Source of the DNA: a bacterium
GTDB taxonomy: Bacteria; Patescibacteriota; Minisyncoccia; Phycocordibacterales; UBA12088
Reading direction: 5' to 3'
Assembly (NCBI GenBank): GCA_003252295.1
Contig: QKEV01000003.1
Location: forward strand, 64,701-128,700
Length of the DNA: 64,000 bases
Shown here piece after piece: positions 19,339 to 29,700 of the stretch; positions within the stretch are counted from its first letter, which is position 1, and every line of letters starts with the position of its first letter. Under the pieces are notes generated by a model. The model searched no databases and was not told the origin of the DNA. It worked only from the letters and a program-made list of their open reading frames with translations. The position numbers and the translations under genes were made by a program.

Positions 19339-20514
19339 ATGAAGAAAAATTTTTTTACACTGCTTGGAGCAGTTGCTGTCATCGTTTTGATACTCTTTGT
19401 ACTGGTGGTACATATGCAAACTCCGGACACGCTTGAGGAGAAGGTGTTCTATGCTGCTGGTCTAGGGGGTGATTACTTGGTTCGTGGTATCCATGAGGAC
19501 GGTTCGTACAGGTACAAGTATGATGTTGGTACCGGCACCGCTTTTGATTCGTATAACATGCTGCGACACTCTGGTACAACGTACGCTCTTTTTGAACTCT
19601 ACGAAGCTACAGAAAAAAAAGCTTACCTGGATGCAGCCAATAGTGCAGTAGCATATCTAGAAACAACTATTACAGCTTGTCCTCTAGAATTTTCTGATAT
19701 GCTCTGTGCGTATGATGGTGAAAAAATGAAACTTGGTGGCAATGCGCTCGCTATACTTGCTCTTCTTAAGCAGGCAGAGGCAACAGGTGATACAACATCT
19801 CGAGAAATAGCTGTTGAACTAGCAGCGTGGATGAAGGCGACGCAAACAAGTGAAGGTGAGTTCCCGATACATATTCAAATGCGAGACGGAACACTGGATG
19901 ATCATGTGTCAGAGTACTACCCAGGCGAAGCGATATATGCACTCGTCTATCTCTATGAGGCAACGGGTAACGAAGACTGGCTTACCTCTGCAGAGAGTGC
20001 TGCGGACTGGCTCATAGATGTTCGCGATAAAAATGAAACGATTGCAACAATTTCTCATGATCACTGGTTACTCTATGGTTTACGGGAGCTATACCTACAC
20101 TCTCATAAGGAAAAGTATCTCGTGCATGCAAGAAAGATCGTTGATGGAATTATTGCAAGTCAACATATAGACGGTGTTCCTGCTGATTGGGTCGGAGGGT
20201 ACTACACTCCGCCACAGTCTACTCCGACCGCAACACGCTCTGAGGGACTTGGTGCAGCATACACCTTGTTTGTTGAAGCAGGGGATAGCGAGTATGCTAC
20301 AAAAGCGTACGATGCTCTGCGTCGTGGTATGGAGTTTCAGTTGCGAACGTTCATTGATGGCACTCTTGCTCGAACTTATCCAGAACCAGTGGAAGCGCTT
20401 GGTGGATTCCGTCTCTCGCTCGAGAGTACGACCGTTCGCATAGACTACGTGCAGCACAATATTTCTTCGATGCTCATGTACAAAGAGATTTCGAAAGAAC
20501 GTTTGCTAGACTAG
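19339..20514 (+). CDS. Membrane-anchored (alpha/alpha)6 six-hairpin-glycosidase-like protein
   Basis: N-terminal TM; helical repeats with YNMLRHSG, KLGGNALA, YYPGEA, HDHW, RIDYVQH. Confidence 0.7.
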   Translation: MKKNFFTLLGAVAVIVLILFVLVVHMQTPDTLEEKVFYAAGLGGDYLVRGIHEDGSYRYKYDVGTGTAFDSYNMLRHSGTTYALFELYEATEKKAYLDAANSAVAYLETTITACPLEFSDMLCAYDGEKMKLGGNALAILALLKQAEATGDTTSREIAVELAAWMKATQTSEGEFPIHIQMRDGTLDDHVSEYYPGEAIYALVYLYEATGNEDWLTSAESAADWLIDVRDKNETIATISHDHWLLYGLRELYLHSHKEKYLVHARKIVDGIIASQHIDGVPADWVGGYYTPPQSTPTATRSEGLGAAYTLFVEAGDSEYATKAYDALRRGMEFQLRTFIDGTLARTYPEPVEALGGFRLSLESTTVRIDYVQHNISSMLMYKEISKERLLD

Positions 20515-20534
20515 CAAACTATTAAACATACACA

Positions 20535-21413
20535 ATGAGTGAAGAAACAGAAAATAGGATCAAGGAGATAGAGTACCTCATGTGTCAGTCAGATTTTTGG
20601 AAGGACTCAGAAAAGGCACAAGGACTCATCAGTGAGTTGCAAGACCTCAAGACACTTGCCGAGGGTGGTACGCCATACGATAAGTTGCGTGCTGTCGTCT
20701 CTATCTATGCTGGAGCAGGAGGTGACGATGCGGAAGACTTTGCTGGTATGCTCTTTCGTATGTACCAGAAATACGCAGAGCGAAAGGGATGGGTATGGCA
20801 TCTCCTGCATGATCATGAGAATGACCACGGTGGTTATCGAAACCTCTCTTTTGAGGTGGAGGCAAAAGGTGCCTATGGTGAACTGCGGCATGAGTATGGG
20901 GTGCATCGTCTCGTGCGCATTTCACCCTTTAACTCAAATGCAAAACGTCATACCAGTTTTGTACTCGTCGAGGTGCTACCGGTTATTGAGAAGAAGCAGT
21001 TAGATATCCCTGAAAGTGACCTCGAAGTATCGTTTGCAAAGTCGAGTGGTCCAGGAGGACAGAATGTGAACAAGCGTGAGACTGCTGTCCGTGTTGTACA
21101 TACACCAACAGGTATTTCAGCATACGTGCATGGTGAGCGCAGTCAGAACGCAAACAGGGAGAAGGCACTCACCATTATAGAAGCAAAGCTGGTACGACGC
21201 CTAGAAGATGAGCACAAGGAAAGACTTGAAGAGCTATCAACCGATCCTGGGAAAATAGAGTGGGGAAGCCAAATACGTTCCTACGTACTCCATCCATACC
21301 AAATGGTAAAGGATCATAGAACAGGTACAGAAACAGCTAAAATAGACGATGTTTTGGAACGAGGAGACCTTGACGTATTCATAGAAAGTGCAAAAAATAT
21401 CGACACACAATAA
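20535..21413 (+). CDS. prfB: Peptide chain release factor 2 (shortened N-terminal domain)
   Basis: SPF tripeptide (RISPFN), SGPGGQNVNK, WGSQIRSYVLHPY. Confidence 0.93.
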   Translation: MSEETENRIKEIEYLMCQSDFWKDSEKAQGLISELQDLKTLAEGGTPYDKLRAVVSIYAGAGGDDAEDFAGMLFRMYQKYAERKGWVWHLLHDHENDHGGYRNLSFEVEAKGAYGELRHEYGVHRLVRISPFNSNAKRHTSFVLVEVLPVIEKKQLDIPESDLEVSFAKSSGPGGQNVNKRETAVRVVHTPTGISAYVHGERSQNANREKALTIIEAKLVRRLEDEHKERLEELSTDPGKIEWGSQIRSYVLHPYQMVKDHRTGTETAKIDDVLERGDLDVFIESAKNIDTQ

Positions 21414-21507
21414 GTGTTGCCACTACATTGTCGTATCGTGGTATACTAGTCATCGTAGCGGTTGTACGGTGCTTTTTTGATTAAAGGGAACTAGATTTAC
21501 GTATCTA

Positions 21508-22188
21508 ATGATTTACTTTGATAACGTTTCAAAATACTATTCTGACGATTCGGTAGCACTAGAAGAGGTGACGCTTTCGATTGCTCCCGGAGAATTTGTT
21601 TCAATAGTCGGACATTCAGGTGCAGGTAAGACAACCCTCTTGAAGTTGCTTTTGGTAGAGGAGGGTCCAAGTGAGGGTTCCATTTACTTCCACTCAACAG
21701 ATATTCATAAGCTCCGTCGTGCACATCTCACAAAGTATCGTCAGAGGATAGGTACGGTATTTCAAGATTTTCGCTTGCTTCCAAACAGAACAACGTACGA
21801 GAATATTGCGTTTGCTATGGAAGCTGCAGGACGTGCGGATGATGAAATACAGGCGGATGTGCCACATGTACTTGACCTTGTTGATCTCTCGGATAAGATG
21901 TGGAACTTCCCAGATGAACTCTCTGGTGGTGAGCGTCAGCGCGTTGCAATAGCTCGTGCCATCGTAAATCAGCCAGACATTATTATCGCTGATGAGCCGA
22001 CAGGCAACCTCGACCCTATTAATACCTACGAGATTGTGCAGATCTTGAAAAAAATTAATGACCTCGGTACGACGGTTGTTTTGACCACACATAATAAGGG
22101 AGTGATAGACTCTCTTGGTAGACGAGTGGTGACCATGGACTCAGGACGTATTGTTCGTGATGACACGTCAGGGCGTTATGTAATGTAA
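21508..22188 (+). CDS. ftsE: Cell division ATP-binding protein FtsE
   Basis: [30 protein letters not shown]; followed by ftsX, downstream of prfB. Confidence 0.93.
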   Translation: MIYFDNVSKYYSDDSVALEEVTLSIAPGEFVSIVGHSGAGKTTLLKLLLVEEGPSEGSIYFHSTDIHKLRRAHLTKYRQRIGTVFQDFRLLPNRTTYENIAFAMEAAGRADDEIQADVPHVLDLVDLSDKMWNFPDELSGGERQRVAIARAIVNQPDIIIADEPTGNLDPINTYEIVQILKKINDLGTTVVLTTHNKGVIDSLGRRVVTMDSGRIVRDDTSGRYVM

Positions 22189-22193
22189 ATCGT

Positions 22194-23120
22194 ATGTTTC
22201 TTTCACTTAAACGAGTAGTAAAAACAGGATTCATAAACTTTTGGAGAAATGGTTTTGTCTCTACTTCATCTGTTGTAGTAATGACCATTACGCTCTTTGT
22301 GATGGGGTCACTTATTTTTGTAAATGAAATGCTCGACTCTTCACTTGAGCTCTTGCGTGACAAGGTGGATATCAATGCATACTTTGTCATAGATGCACCT
22401 GAGGAGAGTATCCTTGCTGTACAGGGCACTTTAGAGCAACTTGATGAAGTTGAGACGGTGGTGTACACCTCACGCGAGGAAGCTGAAGCACGTTTTCGTG
22501 AGCGCCATAAGGATGATGAGATAGAGATACAGGCACTTGATGAACTGGGCAGCAACCCACTCCTCGCGTCGCTCTCTATCAAAGCAAAGGATCCAACACA
22601 CTATGAACGCATCAATGAGTTCCTTCAATCAGATCCTTCAACAGTGAGTACTGATGGGGTCCCTATTGTTGCAAAAGTGAACTTTAACGAAAACAAGGCG
22701 GCAATAGAGAAACTTGAGCAGTGGATGAAAGCAATAGAAACATTTGGTATGGTGCTCTCGGGAGTGCTCGTTGCGGTATCAGTTATCATTGTCTTTAATA
22801 CTATTCGTATGACGATATATATCTCCCGAGAGGAAATAGCAGTCATGCGTCTTGTTGGTGCAAGTGATATGTACATACGAGGACCGTTTGTATTTTCGGG
22901 AATTATGTCAGGCATCATTGCTGCAACAGTAACTCTTATTTCTTTCTACCCACTCTCTATTTGGCTTGGCCCAAGCACACAAGAATTTTTCGGTGATTTT
23001 AATCTATTCATCTTTTATACACAGAACTTTGGTAGGATATTTATTATTATTATGCTCACGGGAGTATTCCTTGGGGCGTTTTCAAGTTTCTTAGCAGTTA
23101 AAAAATATTTGAGAGTGTAG
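22194..23120 (+). CDS. ftsX: Cell division permease FtsX
   Basis: Four-TM topology; NTIRMTIYISREEIAVMRLVGAS..YIRGPF. Confidence 0.93.
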   Translation: MFLSLKRVVKTGFINFWRNGFVSTSSVVVMTITLFVMGSLIFVNEMLDSSLELLRDKVDINAYFVIDAPEESILAVQGTLEQLDEVETVVYTSREEAEARFRERHKDDEIEIQALDELGSNPLLASLSIKAKDPTHYERINEFLQSDPSTVSTDGVPIVAKVNFNENKAAIEKLEQWMKAIETFGMVLSGVLVAVSVIIVFNTIRMTIYISREEIAVMRLVGASDMYIRGPFVFSGIMSGIIAATVTLISFYPLSIWLGPSTQEFFGDFNLFIFYTQNFGRIFIIIMLTGVFLGAFSSFLAVKKYLRV

Positions 23121-23122
23121 CT

Positions 23123-24784
23123 ATGCCAAAAAAAACAAATCGTAACACAAAGTACATATTTGTCGTTGGGGGAGTAATGAGTGGTGTCGGCAAAGGTGTT
23201 ACGACGAGCTCTATAGGCATGATACTCAAGGCACGTGGTCTCAATGTAACGGCGATGAAGATTGATCCGTACATCAATGTTGATGCGGGCACCATGAATC
23301 CAACCGAACATGGTGAAGTGTTTGTACTTGAGGGAGGTCTTGAGTGTGATCAGGATATGGGAAACTATGAACGCTTTTTAGACACAACACTTGGTGATGG
23401 TAATTACATGACGACGGGTGCCGTATATCAACATGTTATAGAGAAAGAGCGTAACCTAGGATACAAAGGTAAATGCGTACAGGTGGTGCCACACATTCCA
23501 CTTGAGGTGATAGGGAGGGTAAAACGAGCAGGCGAAAAGGCAGGTGCTGATGTTGTTGTAGTTGAGCTCGGAGGTACTGTTGGTGAGTATGAGAATATTC
23601 TCTTCATTGAGGCTATTCGTATGTTGAAGCTTGAGCAGCCAGATAATGTCACGACAGTTATGGTGAGTTACGTACCCGTACCAAACAAGATTGGTGAAAT
23701 GAAGACAAAGCCGACACAGCATGCGGTACGAGCATTGAACTCTACTGGTGTGCATCCTGATTTTATTATTGCACGAAGCGACCATGCACTTGATGCAAAA
23801 CGAAAGGAGAAGATTGCACTACACTGTAACATCTCAAAAGAGCGTGTTATCAGTGCTCCTGATGTAGACAGTATCTACGATATACCACTGAGTTTTGAAA
23901 AAGCAGAGCTTTCCGACCTACTCTTGAAGCGTCTCTCTCTAAAACCAAAGTCACCATCAAAGCTTGGTCCATGGAAAACATTTGCACGAAAGGCTAGTAA
24001 GGTGTCACACGAAGTACATATTGCTGTTGTGGGAAAGTACTTTGATACAGGAGATTTTGTGCTTTCAGATGCATACATTTCAGTACTTGAGGCTATTAAG
24101 CATGGTGCCTATAAGATAGGCGTTAAGCCGGTCATACATTGGATAAATTCAAAAGACTACACGAAAGGTGTAAAGAAGGGAGACCTTGATAGGTATGATG
24201 GCATCCTTGTTCCTGGTGGTTTTGGTGAGACGGGTATTGAAGGAAAGATACATGTCATTGAGTATGCTCGAAAAAACAAGATACCATACTTCGGGCTTTG
24301 CTATGGTATGCAGCTCATGGTGGTAGAGTATGCACGGCATGTGCTGGGGCTTCAGGGTGCCCATACGGTAGAGATAAATCCTGACACCAAGTATCCGATA
24401 ATAGATATTATGCCTGAACAGAAAAAACTCATGGCTGAGAGCAACTATGGTGGTACCATGCGTCTCGGGGCATACCCTGCGAAACTGGTGCAGGGAACTA
24501 TTGCAAAAACGCTCTACAAGAAGAATGAGGTGAGTGAGCGACATCGACATCGCTATGAGGTAAATCCTGAGTACATTGAACAACTTGAAGCTGAGGGACT
24601 CGTCTTTTCAGGTCAATCCCCAGACGGTGTGTTGATGGAGATTGCAGAGCTTCCTAATGCGGTGCATCCATTTTTCCTTGGTACGCAGTTCCATCCAGAA
24701 TTTACCTCACGACCGCTTTCACCACATCCGCTTTTTGTAGGCTTTGTGAAAGCTGCAAAAGAGTATAGAGGTACACAAAAATAG
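23123..24784 (+). CDS. pyrG: CTP synthase
   Basis: GGVMSGVGKG, KIDPYINVDAGTMNP, KTKPTQH, GLCYGMQ, ERHRHRYE, QFHPE. Confidence 0.98.
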   Translation: MPKKTNRNTKYIFVVGGVMSGVGKGVTTSSIGMILKARGLNVTAMKIDPYINVDAGTMNPTEHGEVFVLEGGLECDQDMGNYERFLDTTLGDGNYMTTGAVYQHVIEKERNLGYKGKCVQVVPHIPLEVIGRVKRAGEKAGADVVVVELGGTVGEYENILFIEAIRMLKLEQPDNVTTVMVSYVPVPNKIGEMKTKPTQHAVRALNSTGVHPDFIIARSDHALDAKRKEKIALHCNISKERVISAPDVDSIYDIPLSFEKAELSDLLLKRLSLKPKSPSKLGPWKTFARKASKVSHEVHIAVVGKYFDTGDFVLSDAYISVLEAIKHGAYKIGVKPVIHWINSKDYTKGVKKGDLDRYDGILVPGGFGETGIEGKIHVIEYARKNKIPYFGLCYGMQLMVVEYARHVLGLQGAHTVEINPDTKYPIIDIMPEQKKLMAESNYGGTMRLGAYPAKLVQGTIAKTLYKKNEVSERHRHRYEVNPEYIEQLEAEGLVFSGQSPDGVLMEIAELPNAVHPFFLGTQFHPEFTSRPLSPHPLFVGFVKAAKEYRGTQK

Positions 24785-24876
24785 TAAAATAATGGCTCAA
24801 TAGAGCCATTATTTTATGGTACCTGTGTGTGAAAAAGTATGTACAAATATGCTACTGTGTGATATAGTATGCACAT

Positions 24877-25881
24877 ATGACATCAAAGTCGATAATCCGC
24901 CGTATGGCGGTGTTTGTTTTTATAGCGGGGACCGCATTCTTTGCCGGTATCTTGTTTTCTGAGGATTCACTGCATTTTGAACCTGCAGTTGCAGATGCGC
25001 AGGAAACTGATGTGGTTGCTGATACTACAACAAATGAAGAACCTTTAACTGCTAGCACTACTGAGCAGAGTGCGACAAGTACAGGAGAGAGTTCTATTCT
25101 TGATTCAACACTTATTGAGGTTTTGAGTACACCAAAACAGGATCTCACAAAACCAGAACTTGATACTGAAAAGGATGAGATACAAACACTCCTTGAGAAA
25201 CGCCAGGTTGAAAAACCAGGATTGTTTACCTTTATTGCCTACTGGGTACAGAAGGCAATAGCGCTTGGTATTCCTGCAAATACTATTGTACTCATTTTCC
25301 TTATACCAGTTATCGCAACACTCATTACTTTCGTGCGAGTGGTCATTGGTTTGCCTGCACTTGAGATGATGGTACCTATCGTACTCTCATTTGCTTTCGT
25401 TGCGGTTGGAATTACTGCAGGACTCATTATTTTGAGTGCAGTCATTTTGGCCTCCTTTGTTTCCCGTACACTCCTGCGCAAAGTGCCTATCATGTACTTC
25501 CCGAAACGTTCTCTCTCACATCTCTTTCTTGCCTTCTTTGTGTTTGGAGCACTTACGATTGCTATCATTCTTGATTTTCAGTCAATTCGTGAACTTTCTA
25601 TCTTCCCAGTACTCATTCTTACCCTCCTGGGTGACTCTATTGTGTCTGTACAGTTGAGGAAGACGGTGCGAGAGACAATTGTTATCACTGCGGTAACACT
25701 CGGTCTTGCGCTCATTGGTTACCTGCTTGCAACAAGTGTTCTCGTGCGTGATCTGGTGATACTTTGGCCTGAACTGATACTTATAACAGTACCTATTAAT
25801 TTCCTTCTTGGACGTTACTTTGGTCTACGACTTTCTGAGGTATTCCGTTTTAGAAGTCTCGAAGCGTATGCCCGTAAGTAA
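24877..25881 (+). CDS. 7TM protein of the inactive-transglutaminase-associated type with extracellular N-terminal linker
   Basis: Seven hydrophobic helices; SIFPVLIL and LLGRYFGLRLSEVFRF C-terminus; adjacent to ATP-grasp gene. Confidence 0.8.
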   Translation: MTSKSIIRRMAVFVFIAGTAFFAGILFSEDSLHFEPAVADAQETDVVADTTTNEEPLTASTTEQSATSTGESSILDSTLIEVLSTPKQDLTKPELDTEKDEIQTLLEKRQVEKPGLFTFIAYWVQKAIALGIPANTIVLIFLIPVIATLITFVRVVIGLPALEMMVPIVLSFAFVAVGITAGLIILSAVILASFVSRTLLRKVPIMYFPKRSLSHLFLAFFVFGALTIAIILDFQSIRELSIFPVLILTLLGDSIVSVQLRKTVRETIVITAVTLGLALIGYLLATSVLVRDLVILWPELILITVPINFLLGRYFGLRLSEVFRFRSLEAYARK

Positions 25882-27223
25882 ACAAGCACTCGGGATGAAT
25901 GCCCGAAATTATCTCTACATACGCCCGAACAATAAACCTCGGGCAAAGGAACGTGCTGACAGTAAGTTGCTCACGAAAGAGCATTTGGTGAAGAAGAAGA
26001 TACCTACCCCTGAGCTCAAAGAGGTGTTTCGAACACATAGGGATGTTCGTGACTATGACTGGACCAAGCTCAAGGGGAGCTTCGTGTTGAAGCCTGCTCG
26101 TGGATACGGTGGTGGCGGTATACTCGTTGTACGAAACTGGAATGGAGAACAGGGAAGACGACTGGGGAGTAAGCCAATTACAAAAGAAGAGCTTGAAGCA
26201 GAGATATACAGTATTTTGGACGGTGCGTATTCGCTCAACAATCTTCCTGACATTGCTCTAATAGAGAAACGAGTAATTGTGTCTAGCACTATGCGTAAGT
26301 TGAGTAAAAAGGGTGTACCAGATATACGGGTCATTGTGTACAACAAGGTTCCTGTTATGGCAATGCTTCGATTACCAACTAAATACTCGAATGGATGTGC
26401 GAACTTGCACCAAGGAGCCATGGGTGTTGGTATCGACCTGCGCACGGGAATAACCACGAAAGGAGTCCTGTTTGGTTTTGATGAGAAACACATACCAGGT
26501 ACCAAAACAAAAGTGCGAGGTATTAAAATTCCTAAATGGAGCAAGGTGTTGAAGTATGCTGTACAGGCACAGAAGGCGTCACGTCTCGGGTATGCAGGTA
26601 TAGACATTGTATTTGATGAAAAACTTGGCCCATTGGTACTGGAGGTGAATGCTCGTCCGGGACTTCAGATACAGTTAGCGAATGGTGATTCACTTCGTAC
26701 CCGCCTTGAGCGGGTTGAGGGAATGCATATTCCTTCTATTGAGTACGGTATTGATCTCGGCAAACGTTTGTTTGCGGAAAAGTCATTGAGTGATATAAAC
26801 GTGAAGAGTAACGTCCTTAAGGTTCGTGAGCCGGTTGTCATCTATGGTCCAAAAGGGAAGAAGAAGATTACAGCCAAGGTAGACACTGGTGCCTACAGTA
26901 CTTCAATAGATACGGCACTTGTAGAAGAGTTGGGGTTGAAGAAACATCCACGACAGAAGCTTGTTCGTACTGGGTTTGGACCAGAAGAGGTGCGTGATAG
27001 GGTGCATGTTGTATTTCGTCTTCATGGTATGGATATTGAAACCGATGCTTCAATCACCGATCGCTCACACATGCGTTATCCTATGATTATTGGTCGTCGT
27101 AACCTAAAAGGTTTCTTGGTTGATCCCAAGTACACACCAACTGATGAAGAGAAACAAAAACGTTTAGAAAGAAAAAAAATAAAAGAATTAGAAGTTGGTA
27201 AAGAAGAGACAAGTGATGAGTAA
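25868..27223 (+). CDS. Alpha-L-glutamate-ligase-like ATP-grasp fused to a retropepsin-like (RimB-type) protease domain
   Basis: LGMNARN..YI, FVLKPARGYGGGGI, GVPDIRVIV, ANLHQGA, LEVNARPGL; C-terminal AKVDTGAYSTSID...MIIGRRNL. Confidence 0.88.
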   Translation: MPVSKQALGMNARNYLYIRPNNKPRAKERADSKLLTKEHLVKKKIPTPELKEVFRTHRDVRDYDWTKLKGSFVLKPARGYGGGGILVVRNWNGEQGRRLGSKPITKEELEAEIYSILDGAYSLNNLPDIALIEKRVIVSSTMRKLSKKGVPDIRVIVYNKVPVMAMLRLPTKYSNGCANLHQGAMGVGIDLRTGITTKGVLFGFDEKHIPGTKTKVRGIKIPKWSKVLKYAVQAQKASRLGYAGIDIVFDEKLGPLVLEVNARPGLQIQLANGDSLRTRLERVEGMHIPSIEYGIDLGKRLFAEKSLSDINVKSNVLKVREPVVIYGPKGKKKITAKVDTGAYSTSIDTALVEELGLKKHPRQKLVRTGFGPEEVRDRVHVVFRLHGMDIETDASITDRSHMRYPMIIGRRNLKGFLVDPKYTPTDEEKQKRLERKKIKELEVGKEETSDE

Positions 27224-28094
27224 AAAAAAGATACGTATAGGAGTTATATCACGAGTGCAGAGTGATACGATTGATTTAGCATTGAAAAAAGAAGCAGAGA
27301 AACGTGGTCATACGTACACAAAAATTGTCTTTTCAACCGAAGATGTTACAGATGCAGAAAATATTTTGACTCAAGCAGGATTGCTTGAGTACGACGTGTT
27401 GTACTACAGAACATCACTTGGATATGTTTGGGCGCAGGTAATTGAGGCGTACTTGTCTAAACACAAAAAAGAAGCTTTAAATTTGCAATACATTACACAT
27501 GCCTTTCTTGAGAAGAAGACATATCAAACAGCAACAGTTTCTAGAGAAAATGTATTAACTCCAAAAACTGTTCTAGATACCTCAAACGATTTTAAAACTA
27601 TTGCATCAAAACTTGGAAGTCCTTTTGTTGTTAAGGCCGATGTGAGTTCCCAGGGTAGAGATGTTCATTTAGTGCATTCGGAAAAAGAGTTTATGACAAC
27701 CTCTTCAAAGAGTCTGAGGAAACCATGTTTTTACCAAGAATACATACCACATGAGTATGATTGTAGGGTACATCTCGTAGGTGGTAAGCCAGTTGCTTCA
27801 TATAGGAGAGTGCCAAACAGTGGTGAGTTTCGAAGTAATGTGAGTCTCGGTGGAAGGATGGAAGCTTTGAGTAATGAAGATAAAAACGCACTCTACCCTT
27901 TAGCAGAGCAGGTTGCTAAAATTCTTAATCTTGATTTGCATGTGGTAGATTTTATGCGTTCAAAAATAACTGGGAAGTACTATTTTACTGAAGTAAATTC
28001 AAATCCAGGTTGGAATAAATGGAATCCAAACGCAACCGGAGTAAATATGAATTCCTTAGTAATGGATTATTTTGAAGCATACGCGAGGGGTTAG
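27216..28094 (+). CDS. RimK-family ATP-grasp ligase
   Basis: PFVVK...QGRDV, YQEYIP, FRSNVSLGG, EVNSNPG. Confidence 0.88.
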   Translation: MSKKKIRIGVISRVQSDTIDLALKKEAEKRGHTYTKIVFSTEDVTDAENILTQAGLLEYDVLYYRTSLGYVWAQVIEAYLSKHKKEALNLQYITHAFLEKKTYQTATVSRENVLTPKTVLDTSNDFKTIASKLGSPFVVKADVSSQGRDVHLVHSEKEFMTTSSKSLRKPCFYQEYIPHEYDCRVHLVGGKPVASYRRVPNSGEFRSNVSLGGRMEALSNEDKNALYPLAEQVAKILNLDLHVVDFMRSKITGKYYFTEVNSNPGWNKWNPNATGVNMNSLVMDYFEAYARG

Positions 28095-28112
28095 TAGTGA
28101 TACTATTACCAT

Positions 28113-29450
28113 ATGTCTGAAAAATTTCACCAATCCTTTGAAGAAACAAGTGTTGCGCAACAAGAGGTTTTAGATGCCGATTTGTATACTGCTTTTGAAA
28201 AACTGTTTTTTGAGGATTATGAGTACCTTGAAGGAGACAAAAGGGAAAGAGAAAATCAGAAAAAAAGTTTTTTTGAGAATGAGATCGAGAATCCTGTTCT
28301 TGATTACCCCTTACTAGAGAACTTTGATTTTGAAACCAGAGAGAGTGAACTAGTAGCACTTAAAGAAACTGCACTGCAACATAGCGACCCGGTAGTTACT
28401 CAGGTGTACAGGTGGAGGATAAATGAACAAATTGCTCAGTTAAGGATGTTAAGGGCAGCAAAAGAGGGGAACGACAGGCGTTTTGGAAGGTACTCAAGGT
28501 TTATATATGGGACACCTTCTGAAGAAATATTTCAGTATGATCTGAGTAAGGTAAGAGGGGTTGTTGAGGTTGCGCAAAGATCGGGTGATGATGAGAGAAT
28601 AAAGGCGTCAGAATGGCTACTGGAACATGTAGATCTCAATAAGGTTGATACTGCAACAATCAGTGATGGTCTTCTCAAAAAAGAAAAAGATACCACTGAG
28701 AAACTGAATGCAGAGCAAATTCTTGAACTGTTTGAACAAGCAATTGCAACATTGCAACTTACTGACTGGAAGGTTGTTACTGATGAGAACAGAAGAACGG
28801 TGAGTGCAAGCCAAGAGCAAAAAACAGTATATCTGCCAAAAGATATCTCTCGAACAAAACAAAAAGTCGAGTCACTCATTGCGCACGAGTTAGGTACCCA
28901 TGCACAAAGAAGAGAACATGGAGAGAGGAGTAAACTGAGACTCCTTGGTTTGGGTCTAGATAGATACGTGAAAGGTGAGGAAGGGGTTGCAACATATGAG
29001 CAGCATAAGATTGAGGGAGCAGATGAATATGCGGGTTTCTTGGGACATCTTGCTGGGTCACTTGCACATGGCGTTGATGGGACAAAAAGAAATTTCAGGG
29101 ATGTGTTTGAAATATTGTGTCAGTATAATATCGCACGAATAAAAACCTCAACAGGAGAAGATCGGGTAAAAAAGGCAAAAGATGCTAGTTGGAATACATG
29201 CGTAAGAGCTTTCAGAGGTACCACTTGCACTTCTCCAGGTAATGCGTTTACGAAGGATATTGTGTATCGAGAAGGGAATATTGGTGTGTACGACCTCATT
29301 AATGCAAACAGTAATGAGGTGCACCGTTTTATGGTTGGCAAGTATGACCCGACAAATGATAGACATGTGTGGGTACTTGACCAGCTTGGTATTACAGAAG
29401 AAGATATTGAGCGTCTAGAGAAGGGTGAAGAAGTAGCTGACGAAACATAA
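28113..29450 (+). CDS. DUF1704 / MATCAP-like metallopeptidase
   Basis: AHELGTHAQR (HExxxH), GEEGVA, FTKDIVYREG, GKYD. Confidence 0.8.
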   Translation: MSEKFHQSFEETSVAQQEVLDADLYTAFEKLFFEDYEYLEGDKRERENQKKSFFENEIENPVLDYPLLENFDFETRESELVALKETALQHSDPVVTQVYRWRINEQIAQLRMLRAAKEGNDRRFGRYSRFIYGTPSEEIFQYDLSKVRGVVEVAQRSGDDERIKASEWLLEHVDLNKVDTATISDGLLKKEKDTTEKLNAEQILELFEQAIATLQLTDWKVVTDENRRTVSASQEQKTVYLPKDISRTKQKVESLIAHELGTHAQRREHGERSKLRLLGLGLDRYVKGEEGVATYEQHKIEGADEYAGFLGHLAGSLAHGVDGTKRNFRDVFEILCQYNIARIKTSTGEDRVKKAKDASWNTCVRAFRGTTCTSPGNAFTKDIVYREGNIGVYDLINANSNEVHRFMVGKYDPTNDRHVWVLDQLGITEEDIERLEKGEEVADET

Positions 29451-29552
29451 GTTATCTGCTATAGTGTGGAGCACATTGCCTGTTTACCTGTCAGTGTTGG
29501 TGGGATTGTCAGGCAGTATAAGGAAAAGTAATCGGTAGTTTGAAGTAAAAAT

Positions 29553-29623
29553 TGCCCGATCGTCTAATGGTAGGACGTTGGTTTCTGGCACCAAAAATTG
29601 GGGTTCGAATCCCTGTCGGGCAG
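29553..29623 (+). tRNA. tRNA-Gln(CTG)
   Basis: TGCCCGA/TCGGGCA; TTGGT-TTCTGGC-ACCAA; T-loop TTCGAAT; G73. Confidence 0.93.
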
Positions 29624-29700
29624 CACGAGTTTTGAATACGTAAACACTAGTTAGTTTTGAGTACCTGCTACTCACTATCGAACTTTGGTATACTCAGATT

